DNA of 64,000 bases from a virus: the IMG/VR virus record IMGVR_UViG_3300022752_003639, positions 74,458 to 138,457 of that record. One strand, written 5' to 3'. Both the position numbers and the translations under genes were made by a program. Positions 5,975 through 15,753 of the stretch are shown here, one piece after another. Numbering within the stretch: position 1 is the first letter of the stretch; every line of letters starts with the position of its first letter. The notes beneath the pieces are model-generated. The model did not search any database. It saw only the letters and a program-made list of their open reading frames with translations, and was not told the DNA's origin.

Positions 5975-8647
5975 ATGAGTTATGTAGATGCCATCTGGGA
6001 TCGTGATAATGATATTATCAAAGTTGTTGAACGTGATCCTAAAAAGGGTCGCTTATTTCAAGAATACCCTGCAAGATATATATTTTACTACCCGGATTCA
6101 AAAGGTAAGTATAAATCAATTTACGGTGATAATCTTTCTAGAGTATTAACCAAATCATTTAAAGACTTTCAAAAAGAACAAAGAATACATAATAGTCATA
6201 GACTATTTGAAAGTGACATAAACCCCATATTTAGAACACTAGAAGAAAATTATTTAGGTAAAGAAGAACCTAGACTAAATGTAGCATTTTTTGACATCGA
6301 AGTCGATTTTGATCCAGAAAGAGGATACGCTAGTCCAGACGATCCCTTTATGCCTATCACAGCTATTACAGTAAACCTACAGTGGTTAAATGTTTTAATA
6401 ACATTGGCTATCCCTCCAAAAAGTCTTACATTAGAAGAGGCAAAAGAACAGGTAAAAGATTTTCCAAATACACACTTATTTGAATCTGAAGGAGAAATGT
6501 TAGAAACATTCTTAGAATTATTAGATGATGTAGATGTATTGAGTGGATGGAATTCAGAAGGCTATGATATTCCCTATACAGTAAACAGAGTAACTAAAGT
6601 ATTAAGTAAAGAAGATACTAGAAGATTTTGTTTATGGGATCAATTTCCTAAAAAAAGAGAATACGAAAAATACGGCAAGACCGCCGTGACATATGATCTT
6701 ATAGGTCGAGTACATTTGGATTCTTTAGAGCTTTATAGAAAATATACCTATGAAGAACGTCACACTTTTAGATTAGATGCTATAGGTGAAATTGAAATTG
6801 GAGAAAATAAAACAGTTTACGAAGGAACACTTGACCAATTATATAATAACGACTTTCGTAAATTTATAGAATACAACAGACAAGACGTTGCTTTATTAGA
6901 CAAATTAGACCGAAAACTTAAATTTATCGACCTTGCCAATAAAATTGCTCATGAAAACACAGTATTATTACAGACTACTCTAGGAGCTGTAGCAGTAACC
7001 GAGCAAGCAATTATTAATGAAGCACATCATCGAGGTATGATGGTTCCTAGTAGAGCTAAACGCGATGAGCTAGGTGATACAGGAGCAGCGGGCGCATATG
7101 TAGCCTACCCTAAAAAAGGACTTCATGAATGGATCGGAAGCATTGACATCAATAGTCTATATCCAAGTGTAATTCGTGCATTAAACATGGGACCGGAGAC
7201 CATTGTAGGTCAACTACGCCCAGAAAAAACTGAAAAATATATAAACGAACAAATATCTATACATAAAAAAACATTCGCAGGGGCCTGGGAAGGAATGTTT
7301 GGAACGCTAGAATACGAAGCAGTAATTAAAAAAGATAGAGCATTTGAAATTGTTATAGATTGGGAAAACAACGAAACCAGTGTGTTATCTGCGGCAGAGG
7401 TACATAATTTAATTTTTGAAAGTAATAACCATTGGATGCTCAGTGCAAATGGAACTATTTTTACCTATGAAAAAGAAGGCATAATTCCTGGCCTACTGAA
7501 ACGATGGTATGCTGAACGTAAAGAATTACAAGGAAAATTAAAATTAGCTAAAGATGCGGAAAATATTATAGAAGAAGAGTATTGGGACAAGAGACAATTA
7601 GTTAAAAAGATTAATCTTAATAGCTTGTACGGCGCTATTTTAAATCCAGGATGTAGATTTTTTGACAAGCGTATAGGTCAATCAACAACATTAACAGGTA
7701 GATCTATAGCAAAACACATGGCAGGAACAGTAAATGAAATTGTAACAGGTGAGTTTGATCATGTAGGGAAAGCTATAATCTATGGTGATACAGACAGTTG
7801 TTACTTCAGTGCATACTCTACATTAAAAAGAGATATCGAAAAAGGACAAGTACCTTGGAATAAAGATATTATAATTCAACTTTATAATCAAATCGCAGAT
7901 AAAGTAAATCAAACATTCCCAGAATTTATGCTTGCAGCATTTCATTGTCCCAAATCTAGAGGAGATGTTATTAAAGGGGGCAGAGAAATTGTTGCAAGCA
8001 AAGGTTTGTTTATCACTAAAAAACGCTATGCAGTTCTATATTATGATAAGGACGGAAAACGCACAGACGTAGACGGAAAAACTGGCAAAATTAAAGCTAT
8101 GGGCTTAGACTTAAAAAGAAGTGACACTCCTGAATTTATGCAAAAATTCCTAGAAGAAATTCTTGGCAAAGTTCTACACGGCGAACAAGAAAAAGAAATT
8201 TTAGATAGAATTAGTGAATTTCGAACAGAATTCAAAGCTCGCCCAGGTTGGGAAAAAGGTTCGCCTAAACGTGCTAATAATATTACAGAATACGAAGCTA
8301 AAGAAAAGAAAGCAGGCAAGGCTAATATGCCGGGACATGTACGTGCAAGCATAAATTGGAATACTTTACGAAGAATGAATGGAGACAAATATTCCATGCA
8401 AATTGTTGATGGTATGAAAGTTATAGTTTGTAAAGTAAAAGACAATCCATTAGGATTTACCAGCGTGGCCTATCCTACAGACGAATTACGGTTACCAAAA
8501 TGGTTTCAAGAATTACCATTCGACCATTCAGAAATGGAAACAACAATCATTAACAATAAATTAGACAATCTCATCGGTGTTCTAGAATGGGATTTAGAAA
8601 GCACTACACAGGATAATACTTTTGGCAAGTTATTTTCTTTTGAATGA
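5975..8647 (+). CDS. g43: Family B DNA polymerase (T4 gp43-like) with 3'-5' exonuclease
   Basis: Motifs FFDIEVD, SIDINSLYPS, KKINLNSLYG and YGDTDS. Start ATG 5975 follows an SD. No intein seen. Confidence 0.97.
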   Translation: MSYVDAIWDRDNDIIKVVERDPKKGRLFQEYPARYIFYYPDSKGKYKSIYGDNLSRVLTKSFKDFQKEQRIHNSHRLFESDINPIFRTLEENYLGKEEPRLNVAFFDIEVDFDPERGYASPDDPFMPITAITVNLQWLNVLITLAIPPKSLTLEEAKEQVKDFPNTHLFESEGEMLETFLELLDDVDVLSGWNSEGYDIPYTVNRVTKVLSKEDTRRFCLWDQFPKKREYEKYGKTAVTYDLIGRVHLDSLELYRKYTYEERHTFRLDAIGEIEIGENKTVYEGTLDQLYNNDFRKFIEYNRQDVALLDKLDRKLKFIDLANKIAHENTVLLQTTLGAVAVTEQAIINEAHHRGMMVPSRAKRDELGDTGAAGAYVAYPKKGLHEWIGSIDINSLYPSVIRALNMGPETIVGQLRPEKTEKYINEQISIHKKTFAGAWEGMFGTLEYEAVIKKDRAFEIVIDWENNETSVLSAAEVHNLIFESNNHWMLSANGTIFTYEKEGIIPGLLKRWYAERKELQGKLKLAKDAENIIEEEYWDKRQLVKKINLNSLYGAILNPGCRFFDKRIGQSTTLTGRSIAKHMAGTVNEIVTGEFDHVGKAIIYGDTDSCYFSAYSTLKRDIEKGQVPWNKDIIIQLYNQIADKVNQTFPEFMLAAFHCPKSRGDVIKGGREIVASKGLFITKKRYAVLYYDKDGKRTDVDGKTGKIKAMGLDLKRSDTPEFMQKFLEEILGKVLHGEQEKEILDRISEFRTEFKARPGWEKGSPKRANNITEYEAKEKKAGKANMPGHVRASINWNTLRRMNGDKYSMQIVDGMKVIVCKVKDNPLGFTSVAYPTDELRLPKWFQELPFDHSEMETTIINNKLDNLIGVLEWDLESTTQDNTFGKLFSFE

Positions 8648-8656
8648 AAATAATAG

Positions 8657-8685
8657 TTGACATTATCCTTAATTCTAAATATAAT
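8657..8685 (+). promoter_or_regulatory. sigma70 promoter
   Basis: Perfect TTGACA-17 bp-TATAAT. Confidence 0.85.
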
Positions 8686-8702
8686 TATACAAAGGAAAAA
8701 TC

Positions 8703-9437
8703 ATGCAAGATATATTAAAAGACATCGTAAGTCATACACATAATCTAGGCTTTCTCAATATTGTCAAAGTCACAGGTGACGAATCTAGTACAAAAATCAA
8801 TAGTATGGCAGATGACAGAACAGTAATTATGTTCGGTGAAACTGCCAACCCATATCCGGAAATGATAGGCGTTTTTGGAATGCCGCAATTGAATAAATTA
8901 AAATATTTGTTAGACTGCCCTGAATATAAAGAAAACGCCAATATAAACATAACACACATTAATAAAAATGGTGTAGATATTCCGTCAGGTATTCATTTTG
9001 TAAACGAAAATGGTGATTTTAAAAACGATTATAAGTTTATGAATACTGAAATTATCAATGAAAAAATTAAAGATATAAAATTTAGAGGCGTAAAATGGGA
9101 CGTAGAGCTAACGCCTACAGTTCAGTCGATACAGAAATTTAATTTCCAAGTTAATGCTAATAATGAACATACAACATTTTTAGCTAAAACAGATGCGGAT
9201 AAATTAGTATTTTCATTTGGCGATGCTAGTAGTCATAGTGGTGAATTTATATTTGCAAACGGAATCACTGGTAAATTAAGCAAAAGCTGGACATGGCCTG
9301 TTTCATCTGTCCTAGCTATTTTGAAAGCAGCAGATGTGAATAATACTAAAATGAGTTTAAGCAATGAAGGTGCTTTACAAATTACTTTAGATAGCGGATT
9401 GGCCACATATCAATATATCATTCCTGCAACAATATGA
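8703..9437 (+). CDS. Probable sliding clamp (gp45-like)
   Basis: 244 aa, alpha/beta pattern, adjacent to the polymerase; size matches gp45. Confidence 0.55.
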   Translation: MQDILKDIVSHTHNLGFLNIVKVTGDESSTKINSMADDRTVIMFGETANPYPEMIGVFGMPQLNKLKYLLDCPEYKENANINITHINKNGVDIPSGIHFVNENGDFKNDYKFMNTEIINEKIKDIKFRGVKWDVELTPTVQSIQKFNFQVNANNEHTTFLAKTDADKLVFSFGDASSHSGEFIFANGITGKLSKSWTWPVSSVLAILKAADVNNTKMSLSNEGALQITLDSGLATYQYIIPATI

Positions 9438-9802
9438 TTAGATCAGTCTCGGGAGGGCCTCATATACAGGTAGATGGTGGTCATCCATCTGCCTCGTATA
9501 TCTATTCTGAAAATGCAAATAAACCCATGGCCGGTATGGTAAGATATATCAACAACCAATTTGAAGTATACGACGGTAATACATGGCATCAGATATCAGT
9601 CGGACATACTACCGTAAAATTAACAAACGAAGCCAGTAAGGCCATTGACTGGGCATTAAGACAAATGCAGGAACAGGCTGACATTGAAAAACTGGCAAAA
9701 GACTACCCTGCGGTCAAACTGGCACACGATAATCTTAAACGTGCTGCCGAACAATTAAAGGCCACTATTATATTGAGTAAAGATGAGCAATCCACCAATT
9801 AA
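9434..9802 (+). CDS. Hypothetical protein
   Basis: ORF coupled by ATGA overlap to the upstream gene. Confidence 0.6.
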   Translation: MIRSVSGGPHIQVDGGHPSASYIYSENANKPMAGMVRYINNQFEVYDGNTWHQISVGHTTVKLTNEASKAIDWALRQMQEQADIEKLAKDYPAVKLAHDNLKRAAEQLKATIILSKDEQSTN

Positions 9803-11336
9803 CCTAACACCATTACAGAAAGACTATGCTGTATTTTTACCAGCAGTTAGTTCTTTTTATTCAACCTATGTAGCCAAACAAAAATTAGAGGAATTCGTTC
9901 CTAAGCATCGTATCCCTAAAGGATTTGATCGTGATATTGAAGGTATGAACTTTCTAAATCCAGAACAAGGCTATTTTACCTACAAATATGCTTTATACTC
10001 TGCAGGACATGCACAATTAGACTTGAATAAAAGTATAGTACAAGAAAGTATGATTCAACAGCGTGATAGAAACGCAACAATGATTCTAGGAGATTCCGGT
10101 GGATACCAGATTGGTAAAGGTGTGCTAAAGTTTGATTGGCTAAATTTTGAAGGAGCAGAAGCAAACAAGGTTCGTCAACGTATTCTAGAGTGGTTAGAAC
10201 TAACTGCTGATTGGTCAATGATGCTAGATGTTCCTACTTGGGCCTGTGATCATATTCATAGTCCAAAGACGGGTCTTAAAACGTTTGATGACTGTTTAGA
10301 TAAGACCAAATTTAACAATGAATACTTTCTAAAAAATAGACTAGGTCAAACTAAATGGCTTAACGTGCTGCAAGGATCAGATTGGGATACCGCAGAGAAA
10401 TGGTACGACGGTGTTAAAGAATTTTCAGATCCTGCCGTATGGGGGGATAAGGCTGCAGAAGGGTGGGCCTTTGGTGGTGCTAATATGTGTAAAATGGACA
10501 TTACATTAAAGCGTCTAATGACCTTACGTGAAGATGGTCTACTAAAAAATAAAAACTGGATTCACTTCTTAGGTACAGCCCAACTTGATTGGTCCTGTTA
10601 TCTTACCTCTATTCAACGACAAATTAGAAAGCACATTAATGAAGAAATTACCATATCTTTTGACTGCGCCTCACCGTTTATTGCAACCGCCCACGGACTT
10701 GTCTATACAAACGCACAGCACACGCCGAAACGTTGGAGCGTTATTATGGACAAGGCCCCAGACAACAAAACACTTGCAAGAAGCACAATCCCATTTCCGT
10801 TCGAATCAGAAATAGGTCGCAGGCTTAACATGGGAGATATCTGCTGGTATGCTCCTGGAGATCTTAATAAAATTAAAAAAGAAGGTAAAACGTCGTGGGA
10901 TAGTTTTTCATATGCACTAATGATGGGGCATAATGTATACTGCCATATTGTTGCCGTACAACGTGCCCAGCAATTAATGGATATTGAAGTTGCTAAAACA
11001 CAACAAAAAATAAATTGGCGTTTTTGGAAAAAAGTAAAATCCGGCGATATGAGCGACGAATATAGTGACTGGGTTCCTAGAAATGTGCTATACTTCAATA
11101 ACTTTGTAGAAGATTTATTTAATACAAAAACGAAAAAAGAAGCATTTGAGATGATTGAAGAAGCTGGATCATTTTTAAGATCGTTAGAAGGTGCAAGATT
11201 ACGAGGTGGCCCTGCTCAGAACAATTTCAACACTTTCTTTGAATTTGAAGAAGTAACCAAAGCAGAAGAGATTGATTTAGAAAACCCTGATGATGATAAA
11301 TTAAGGGCTCTTGAAGAAGAAATTATGGAGAATTAA
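9783..11336 (+). CDS. dpdA: TGT-fold guanine transglycosylase, DpdA-like (7-deazaguanine insertion into DNA)
   Basis: TGT motif ILGDSGGYQ, plus MLDVP, VLQG, WAFGG and IHFLG. It is near queE and a QueD-like gene. Confidence 0.8.
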   Translation: MSNPPINLTPLQKDYAVFLPAVSSFYSTYVAKQKLEEFVPKHRIPKGFDRDIEGMNFLNPEQGYFTYKYALYSAGHAQLDLNKSIVQESMIQQRDRNATMILGDSGGYQIGKGVLKFDWLNFEGAEANKVRQRILEWLELTADWSMMLDVPTWACDHIHSPKTGLKTFDDCLDKTKFNNEYFLKNRLGQTKWLNVLQGSDWDTAEKWYDGVKEFSDPAVWGDKAAEGWAFGGANMCKMDITLKRLMTLREDGLLKNKNWIHFLGTAQLDWSCYLTSIQRQIRKHINEEITISFDCASPFIATAHGLVYTNAQHTPKRWSVIMDKAPDNKTLARSTIPFPFESEIGRRLNMGDICWYAPGDLNKIKKEGKTSWDSFSYALMMGHNVYCHIVAVQRAQQLMDIEVAKTQQKINWRFWKKVKSGDMSDEYSDWVPRNVLYFNNFVEDLFNTKTKKEAFEMIEEAGSFLRSLEGARLRGGPAQNNFNTFFEFEEVTKAEEIDLENPDDDKLRALEEEIMEN

Positions 11337-11337
11337 C

Positions 11338-11766
11338 ATGGCAATATGGCGTATTACAAATTATCAAAAAAAGTCGGCTGATGAAATTCAAACCTGGCGT
11401 AAAGGTGATGATGAATTTCAAAAAACAGAAACATACCGTTGGGGTGTTTGGGAATGTGAAAGTGATGAAAAGCCTGTAGTTGATTTAAACAACCCAGGTG
11501 GCTGGAGTCCAGATAATGCAGATCAAGAAGATTATACCTGGGAAATGGTTGAAATGATTGATGGTTGTTATGTGGATTGGGATTTTATAGGCTGTCCGGA
11601 TATGGATGAGGAAGAACAAGAACGTATTCAAGAACTTTGGAACGAAAACTATTACGAAGGATTAGAAGGCGAAGACTGGATTAATGACGAAACTGAATAT
11701 TGGCTTCATGGCCCATTGAAATTAACCAATGTAGATACTGGTGAAGAATGGCATGGAGAAGACTGA
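11338..11766 (+). CDS. Highly acidic, Trp-rich hypothetical protein
   Basis: ATG 11338 directly follows the dpdA stop; D/E-rich. Confidence 0.65.
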   Translation: MAIWRITNYQKKSADEIQTWRKGDDEFQKTETYRWGVWECESDEKPVVDLNNPGGWSPDNADQEDYTWEMVEMIDGCYVDWDFIGCPDMDEEEQERIQELWNENYYEGLEGEDWINDETEYWLHGPLKLTNVDTGEEWHGED

Positions 11767-11998
11767 CTCAATTTTAGAAAAACTTATCTACAGGGCAGGG
11801 TTCAGCTCAACCTTTGAACGTGTAAGGCTAGAAAGACTAATTTGGTTAGCTGCCCGCGATATTCAACATATTGTAACAGACGAGCAATGGCAACAAATTG
11901 TAAATCATTTATCTATTCCAGAAGATTTTAATAAACGAACCAACAATAATTATCTTACAAAAAAATCCGCAGATCAACCAGAAGGATATTTAGAATGA
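11741..11998 (+). CDS. Hypothetical protein
   Basis: Fits operon packing. Confidence 0.5.
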   Translation: MKNGMEKTDSILEKLIYRAGFSSTFERVRLERLIWLAARDIQHIVTDEQWQQIVNHLSIPEDFNKRTNNNYLTKKSADQPEGYLE

Positions 11999-12294
11999 AA
12001 TCTGTTCATGAACTTAGTGATGAAGAATTAGAAAGTTGTATAGATGGTTCTTTTCACATTGAAACTTTAAGAGAAATTCTTAGTAAACAGGGTGTAGTAG
12101 ATTTAGAAGGTTGGGTAGATCCGGAAATTTTTGCAGATTGGTTCGCTCAGTCTCTCGTAGATATAATAGGCGTAGAAGAAGATACACCAGAATGGACTGA
12201 AGCATTTGATAACAATTGGAATTGGGGTTATGACGTTGGTGATAATATCAATTCCTTTATTAGTGATAATTTTAAGGATAAAAAAGATGCCTAA
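11995..12294 (+). CDS. Acidic hypothetical protein
   Basis: ATGA overlap with the upstream gene; D/E-rich. Confidence 0.6.
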   Translation: MKSVHELSDEELESCIDGSFHIETLREILSKQGVVDLEGWVDPEIFADWFAQSLVDIIGVEEDTPEWTEAFDNNWNWGYDVGDNINSFISDNFKDKKDA

Positions 12295-12487
12295 GAAAAA
12301 AACAGAACCAACTAGTAAATTAGCAAAAAATAAAAAAACAGATGCAAAAAAAGAAAGTAACGAATATACTATTGAGACAAAAGATGAGTCAGGAAAATTA
12401 TCATTTGATATAGATTGGGATAGGCTTAAAATTCATGTCCAAAATGCCTTGACTGACTTTGAAAAAACAAGTAAAATTAAAACATGA
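12287..12487 (+). CDS. Small hypothetical protein (MPKKKTEP...)
   Basis: Start reassigned to ATG 12287, after AAGGA. Confidence 0.5.
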   Translation: MPKKKTEPTSKLAKNKKTDAKKESNEYTIETKDESGKLSFDIDWDRLKIHVQNALTDFEKTSKIKT

Positions 12488-12996
12488 AAAGAAATTATTC
12501 CTCTGATTGTTTAGATGATGTTGTTTTCTTTGTAGGAACAGAAATCGAACATACTCCTGCTTATGGGTTGAATACACTCTTTGTAGTTGGTATTCAAGGA
12601 TATGACGAAATTTTGTATAGGCTAGAAAACATAGAACATATTTTCTTTGGAGCTAATCATAGCTTTAACCCGCAAACTACAGAAGAATGGAACCGCTGGG
12701 AAAACATGATTATGTATTTTCTAGAAAAAGATTATTTGTGCTCATTAGACATTCCTATTAACCAAGTTGAAGAGTTTCATGAAGGGGGTCTTTGTGAACA
12801 TAACAACTTTATTCCACAAATTCGTGTGCCAATTCCTTATATTAAATTATGGAATTACAACACAATGCTCAAAATTGATGATAAAGATTTTGATGCAACT
12901 AATCCCGGTGTGTGGTCACACAGTCTACACTCACTAATGGAACGTAGTAAATTTACAGACTGGAAACAATATAATAAGGATGTAGTAATAAAATGA
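12484..12996 (+). CDS. Conserved-looking alpha/beta protein in the deazaguanine cluster
   Basis: Enzyme-like pattern FFVGTEIEHTPAYGLNTLFVVG...HIFFGANHS; function not recognised. Confidence 0.65.
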   Translation: MKRNYSSDCLDDVVFFVGTEIEHTPAYGLNTLFVVGIQGYDEILYRLENIEHIFFGANHSFNPQTTEEWNRWENMIMYFLEKDYLCSLDIPINQVEEFHEGGLCEHNNFIPQIRVPIPYIKLWNYNTMLKIDDKDFDATNPGVWSHSLHSLMERSKFTDWKQYNKDVVIK

Positions 12997-13181
12997 TTAA
13001 TAGCAAATTAGCAAATCAACTTAGTTCTGAAGAAAAACTTTTTAAAATGTTAGAAAGCATTGACTGGAAACTTTGGGAAATGTATAACATTTTAAAGGCA
13101 CAGACTGAAGGAGCAAAGGTATCAACTAAAGCAGTTTCAGCAGTTAAAAAAACTAAAACATCTGCAAAAACAGACAACTAA
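12993..13181 (+). CDS. Hypothetical protein
   Basis: Coupled ORF, 62 aa. Confidence 0.55.
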   Translation: MINSKLANQLSSEEKLFKMLESIDWKLWEMYNILKAQTEGAKVSTKAVSAVKKTKTSAKTDN

Positions 13182-13183
13182 AA

Positions 13184-13573
13184 ATGATTATTAAACAAGA
13201 CATACGACCAAGTAAAATGATCTGGATTACTTTTAGTAAAGAAGGTATCCATAAATATCCAGCAGCACTAACTGATCCCAACTTAGCAACAGGAGATGAA
13301 TACGATGTTTCGTTCCTTGGTTATCCGCATCGTCATATATTCCATTTTAGGGTGTGGATTAATGTACTTCATAACGATCGCGAAATCGAATTCATACAGT
13401 TCAAGAGATTCTGTGAGCGTCTCCTGCGTGAGGGGGTAGTACAATTAGATTATAAAAGTTGCGAAATGATGAGCGATGATCTATATGCTCAAATCATCGA
13501 AAAGTATCCTGGCCGTGAGGTATGGATTGAAGTCTCCGAAGATGGAGAAAATGGTAGTTTCATTAAATATTAA
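13184..13573 (+). CDS. QueD-like T-fold protein, DpdL-like (predicted CDG decarboxylase)
   Basis: LGYPHRHIF matches the LxxxHRHxF motif I recall for DpdL. Also REIEF and KSCEM motifs. Confidence 0.7.
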   Translation: MIIKQDIRPSKMIWITFSKEGIHKYPAALTDPNLATGDEYDVSFLGYPHRHIFHFRVWINVLHNDREIEFIQFKRFCERLLREGVVQLDYKSCEMMSDDLYAQIIEKYPGREVWIEVSEDGENGSFIKY

Positions 13574-13596
13574 TCTTTTTTAGGAAATAGACAAAC

Positions 13597-13821
13597 ATGG
13601 CCCTCAGTGCATCTGTTCAAAAAACTCTTCGTATGAAACCAGAAGTTAGTAAAATCTTTGATGACCTTGAAGCATGGCACGATTATTGTAGAATGGAATT
13701 AATTGCATTTAATCCGGCCCATCTTTATAAATCTAGAGAATATAAGGAATGGTCTAAAGACAGAAGAATTTCCAAAAACCGTAAACTAAAAAGTAAAAAT
13801 GGCAAAAATATTTCTAGTTGA
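13597..13821 (+). CDS. Hypothetical protein
   Basis: 74-aa ORF with SD-like upstream sequence. Confidence 0.55.
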   Translation: MALSASVQKTLRMKPEVSKIFDDLEAWHDYCRMELIAFNPAHLYKSREYKEWSKDRRISKNRKLKSKNGKNISS

Positions 13822-14899
13822 CCTAGAAGCTGTTGAAACACGTTATACAGCACAATGGAAAAGTCATGTTCCCAAAATTCTCAAAGCACAAGGACATCAA
13901 GTTCACGTTATCTCTGGTCCTGAAGATATTCCTAGTGCCACTACTCCTGGTGCCTTTCTTAACTTTGGGGGGACTAATATCTATAAGTCTCGCCAAGTTG
14001 AAGAGATTGCTCGCCTTTTTACCTCCGGAACCATTGTGGCCGGCGACCATTTTCTTTTTACTGATGCTTGGCATCCAGGCATTATAAATTTAAAATATAT
14101 GAGTTCTTTACTGAATATACCAGTAAAGATTCACGCACTATGGCACGCCGGATCATATGATCCCCAAGACTTTTTAGGTAGGCTTATTGGAAACGCTAGT
14201 TGGGTAAGACATTCAGAAAAGGCATTTTTTGAAGCTATCGACTTTAACTATTTTGCCACAGACTTTCATATTGAAATGTTTGTGCGTAATTTATTAAATG
14301 ACGGACTAAGCGAGAATCCTTGGTTAGATGAGGATTTAGATGATGCCTTAAAAGGACGATGGGCTGGGATCGTACGCTCAGGTTGGCCTATGGAATATAT
14401 GGCAGAAACGTTAGCGCCATACAAAGGTATAAAAAAACGTGACCTAATCCTATTTCCACATCGAATAGCACCTGAGAAACAGATTGAAATCTTTTGGGAT
14501 CTTAGATTGATACTTCCGCAATATGATTTTGTAATATGTCAAGAACAACCACTTACCAAAGCTCAATATCATAAATTATTGAGTGAGGCTAAGATTGTGT
14601 TTAGTGCTAACCTACAAGAAACCTTGGGCATCAGTTGTTATGAGGGTGCCCTGGTAGATGCTATTCCGATGGTGCCAGATCGGTTATCATATACAGAAAT
14701 GTACTATGAAGGATTTAAGTATCCCAGTCATTGGACAGAAAGTTTTGATAGTTATATGAGATATCGTGCTGATTTGGTTCATCATATCATTGTCACTATG
14801 ACACACTATGAAAAACGTCTGCCGCAGTTGGCTAAACAAACTGATGATTTAACAGCGAGGTTTTTCTCATGTCAGGCATTACTGAACAACTTGAATTAG
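13799..14899 (+). CDS. GT-B glycosyltransferase (GT4-like)
   Basis: FPHRIAPEKQ and ETLGISCYEG resemble the GT4 ExFGxxxxE motif; two Rossmann-like halves. Confidence 0.8.
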   Translation: MAKIFLVDLEAVETRYTAQWKSHVPKILKAQGHQVHVISGPEDIPSATTPGAFLNFGGTNIYKSRQVEEIARLFTSGTIVAGDHFLFTDAWHPGIINLKYMSSLLNIPVKIHALWHAGSYDPQDFLGRLIGNASWVRHSEKAFFEAIDFNYFATDFHIEMFVRNLLNDGLSENPWLDEDLDDALKGRWAGIVRSGWPMEYMAETLAPYKGIKKRDLILFPHRIAPEKQIEIFWDLRLILPQYDFVICQEQPLTKAQYHKLLSEAKIVFSANLQETLGISCYEGALVDAIPMVPDRLSYTEMYYEGFKYPSHWTESFDSYMRYRADLVHHIIVTMTHYEKRLPQLAKQTDDLTARFFSCQALLNNLN

Positions 14900-15129
14900 A
14901 CTTTGAAGAGGAATGGCCCGTGCGTGATTACTACGATGATGGTCCTGTGACCATAGACGATTACATTGTAGAATATAAAACATTTGAACAGGTCAGTTGG
15001 TGGAGGCTGAAGCAAATGCTGGAACGGTGGCCTGCCATGCGTAAGAGTTGGGAAGCATTTATAGTTGATTATAATGTATGCTTGGCTACTCTGAAATCAG
15101 AAGAAGACAATGATGATATCCCTTTCTAA
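14869..15129 (+). CDS. Acidic hypothetical protein
   Basis: Fits operon packing. Confidence 0.5.
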   Translation: MSGITEQLELDFEEEWPVRDYYDDGPVTIDDYIVEYKTFEQVSWWRLKQMLERWPAMRKSWEAFIVDYNVCLATLKSEEDNDDIPF

Positions 15130-15583
15130 ATTTATCTTAAATACATTAGATCGAATGGGTCGAAAACGTATTGTATTGGATAGACAAAGTGCTGAACCAT
15201 ATCTCGAACGCTATTATATTTTTCTCCGCGACAGAAAACGGTTTCCTTTCAATTTGTTCTTGCACAAGTTTCTTAAATCAGATCCCGATGACGTGCATGA
15301 TCATCCATGGCCTTATGCTACTCTAATTCTCAAAGGCGGGTATTGGGAATACAAACCCGTTTTCAATGAGAAAGGAATAAAAGTTGGAGAACAGAAACAT
15401 TGGTGCTCACCTGGTCATTTTCGCACTAGCTCTGCTACTAGTTTTCATCGTATCGAGTTAGAACCAGGTATTGATTGCTGGACATTATTCATGCCCGGTC
15501 CTACTAAACGTGAATGGGGATTTCTTGTTAATAATCGATGGATTCATAACGAGCAATACCTCCAAGAGAGAGCTATAAAATGA
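15110..15583 (+). CDS. Cupin-fold metalloprotein
   Basis: HKFLKSDPDDVHDHPW...E and FHRIEL resemble His-ligand cupin motifs. Confidence 0.7.
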   Translation: MMISLSKFILNTLDRMGRKRIVLDRQSAEPYLERYYIFLRDRKRFPFNLFLHKFLKSDPDDVHDHPWPYATLILKGGYWEYKPVFNEKGIKVGEQKHWCSPGHFRTSSATSFHRIELEPGIDCWTLFMPGPTKREWGFLVNNRWIHNEQYLQERAIK

Positions 15584-15753
15584 AAATAGGAACCAAATGG
15601 TATGGAGCCAATGGTGATCTATTTGAAATAGATGACTTAAGATCTATAAATGGAGAAACTTGGGTTTTTTATACTAATACCTTTACTATGAAATCTTTTA
15701 GTACCCTCCTGCCTGCATTTTTACAGAGATTTCGCCGTTATGATGACAAATAA
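15580..15753 (+). CDS. 57-aa hypothetical protein (MKIGTKWYGANG...)
   Basis: ATG 15580 overlaps the cupin stop; open to TAA 15751-15753. Not in the ORF track. Confidence 0.55.
   Translation: MKIGTKWYGANGDLFEIDDLRSINGETWVFYTNTFTMKSFSTLLPAFLQRFRRYDDK

Noticed and set aside
5975-8647. Intein or intron in the DNA polymerase or thyA
   Set aside because: Lengths and motif spacing are normal, with no splicing motifs.
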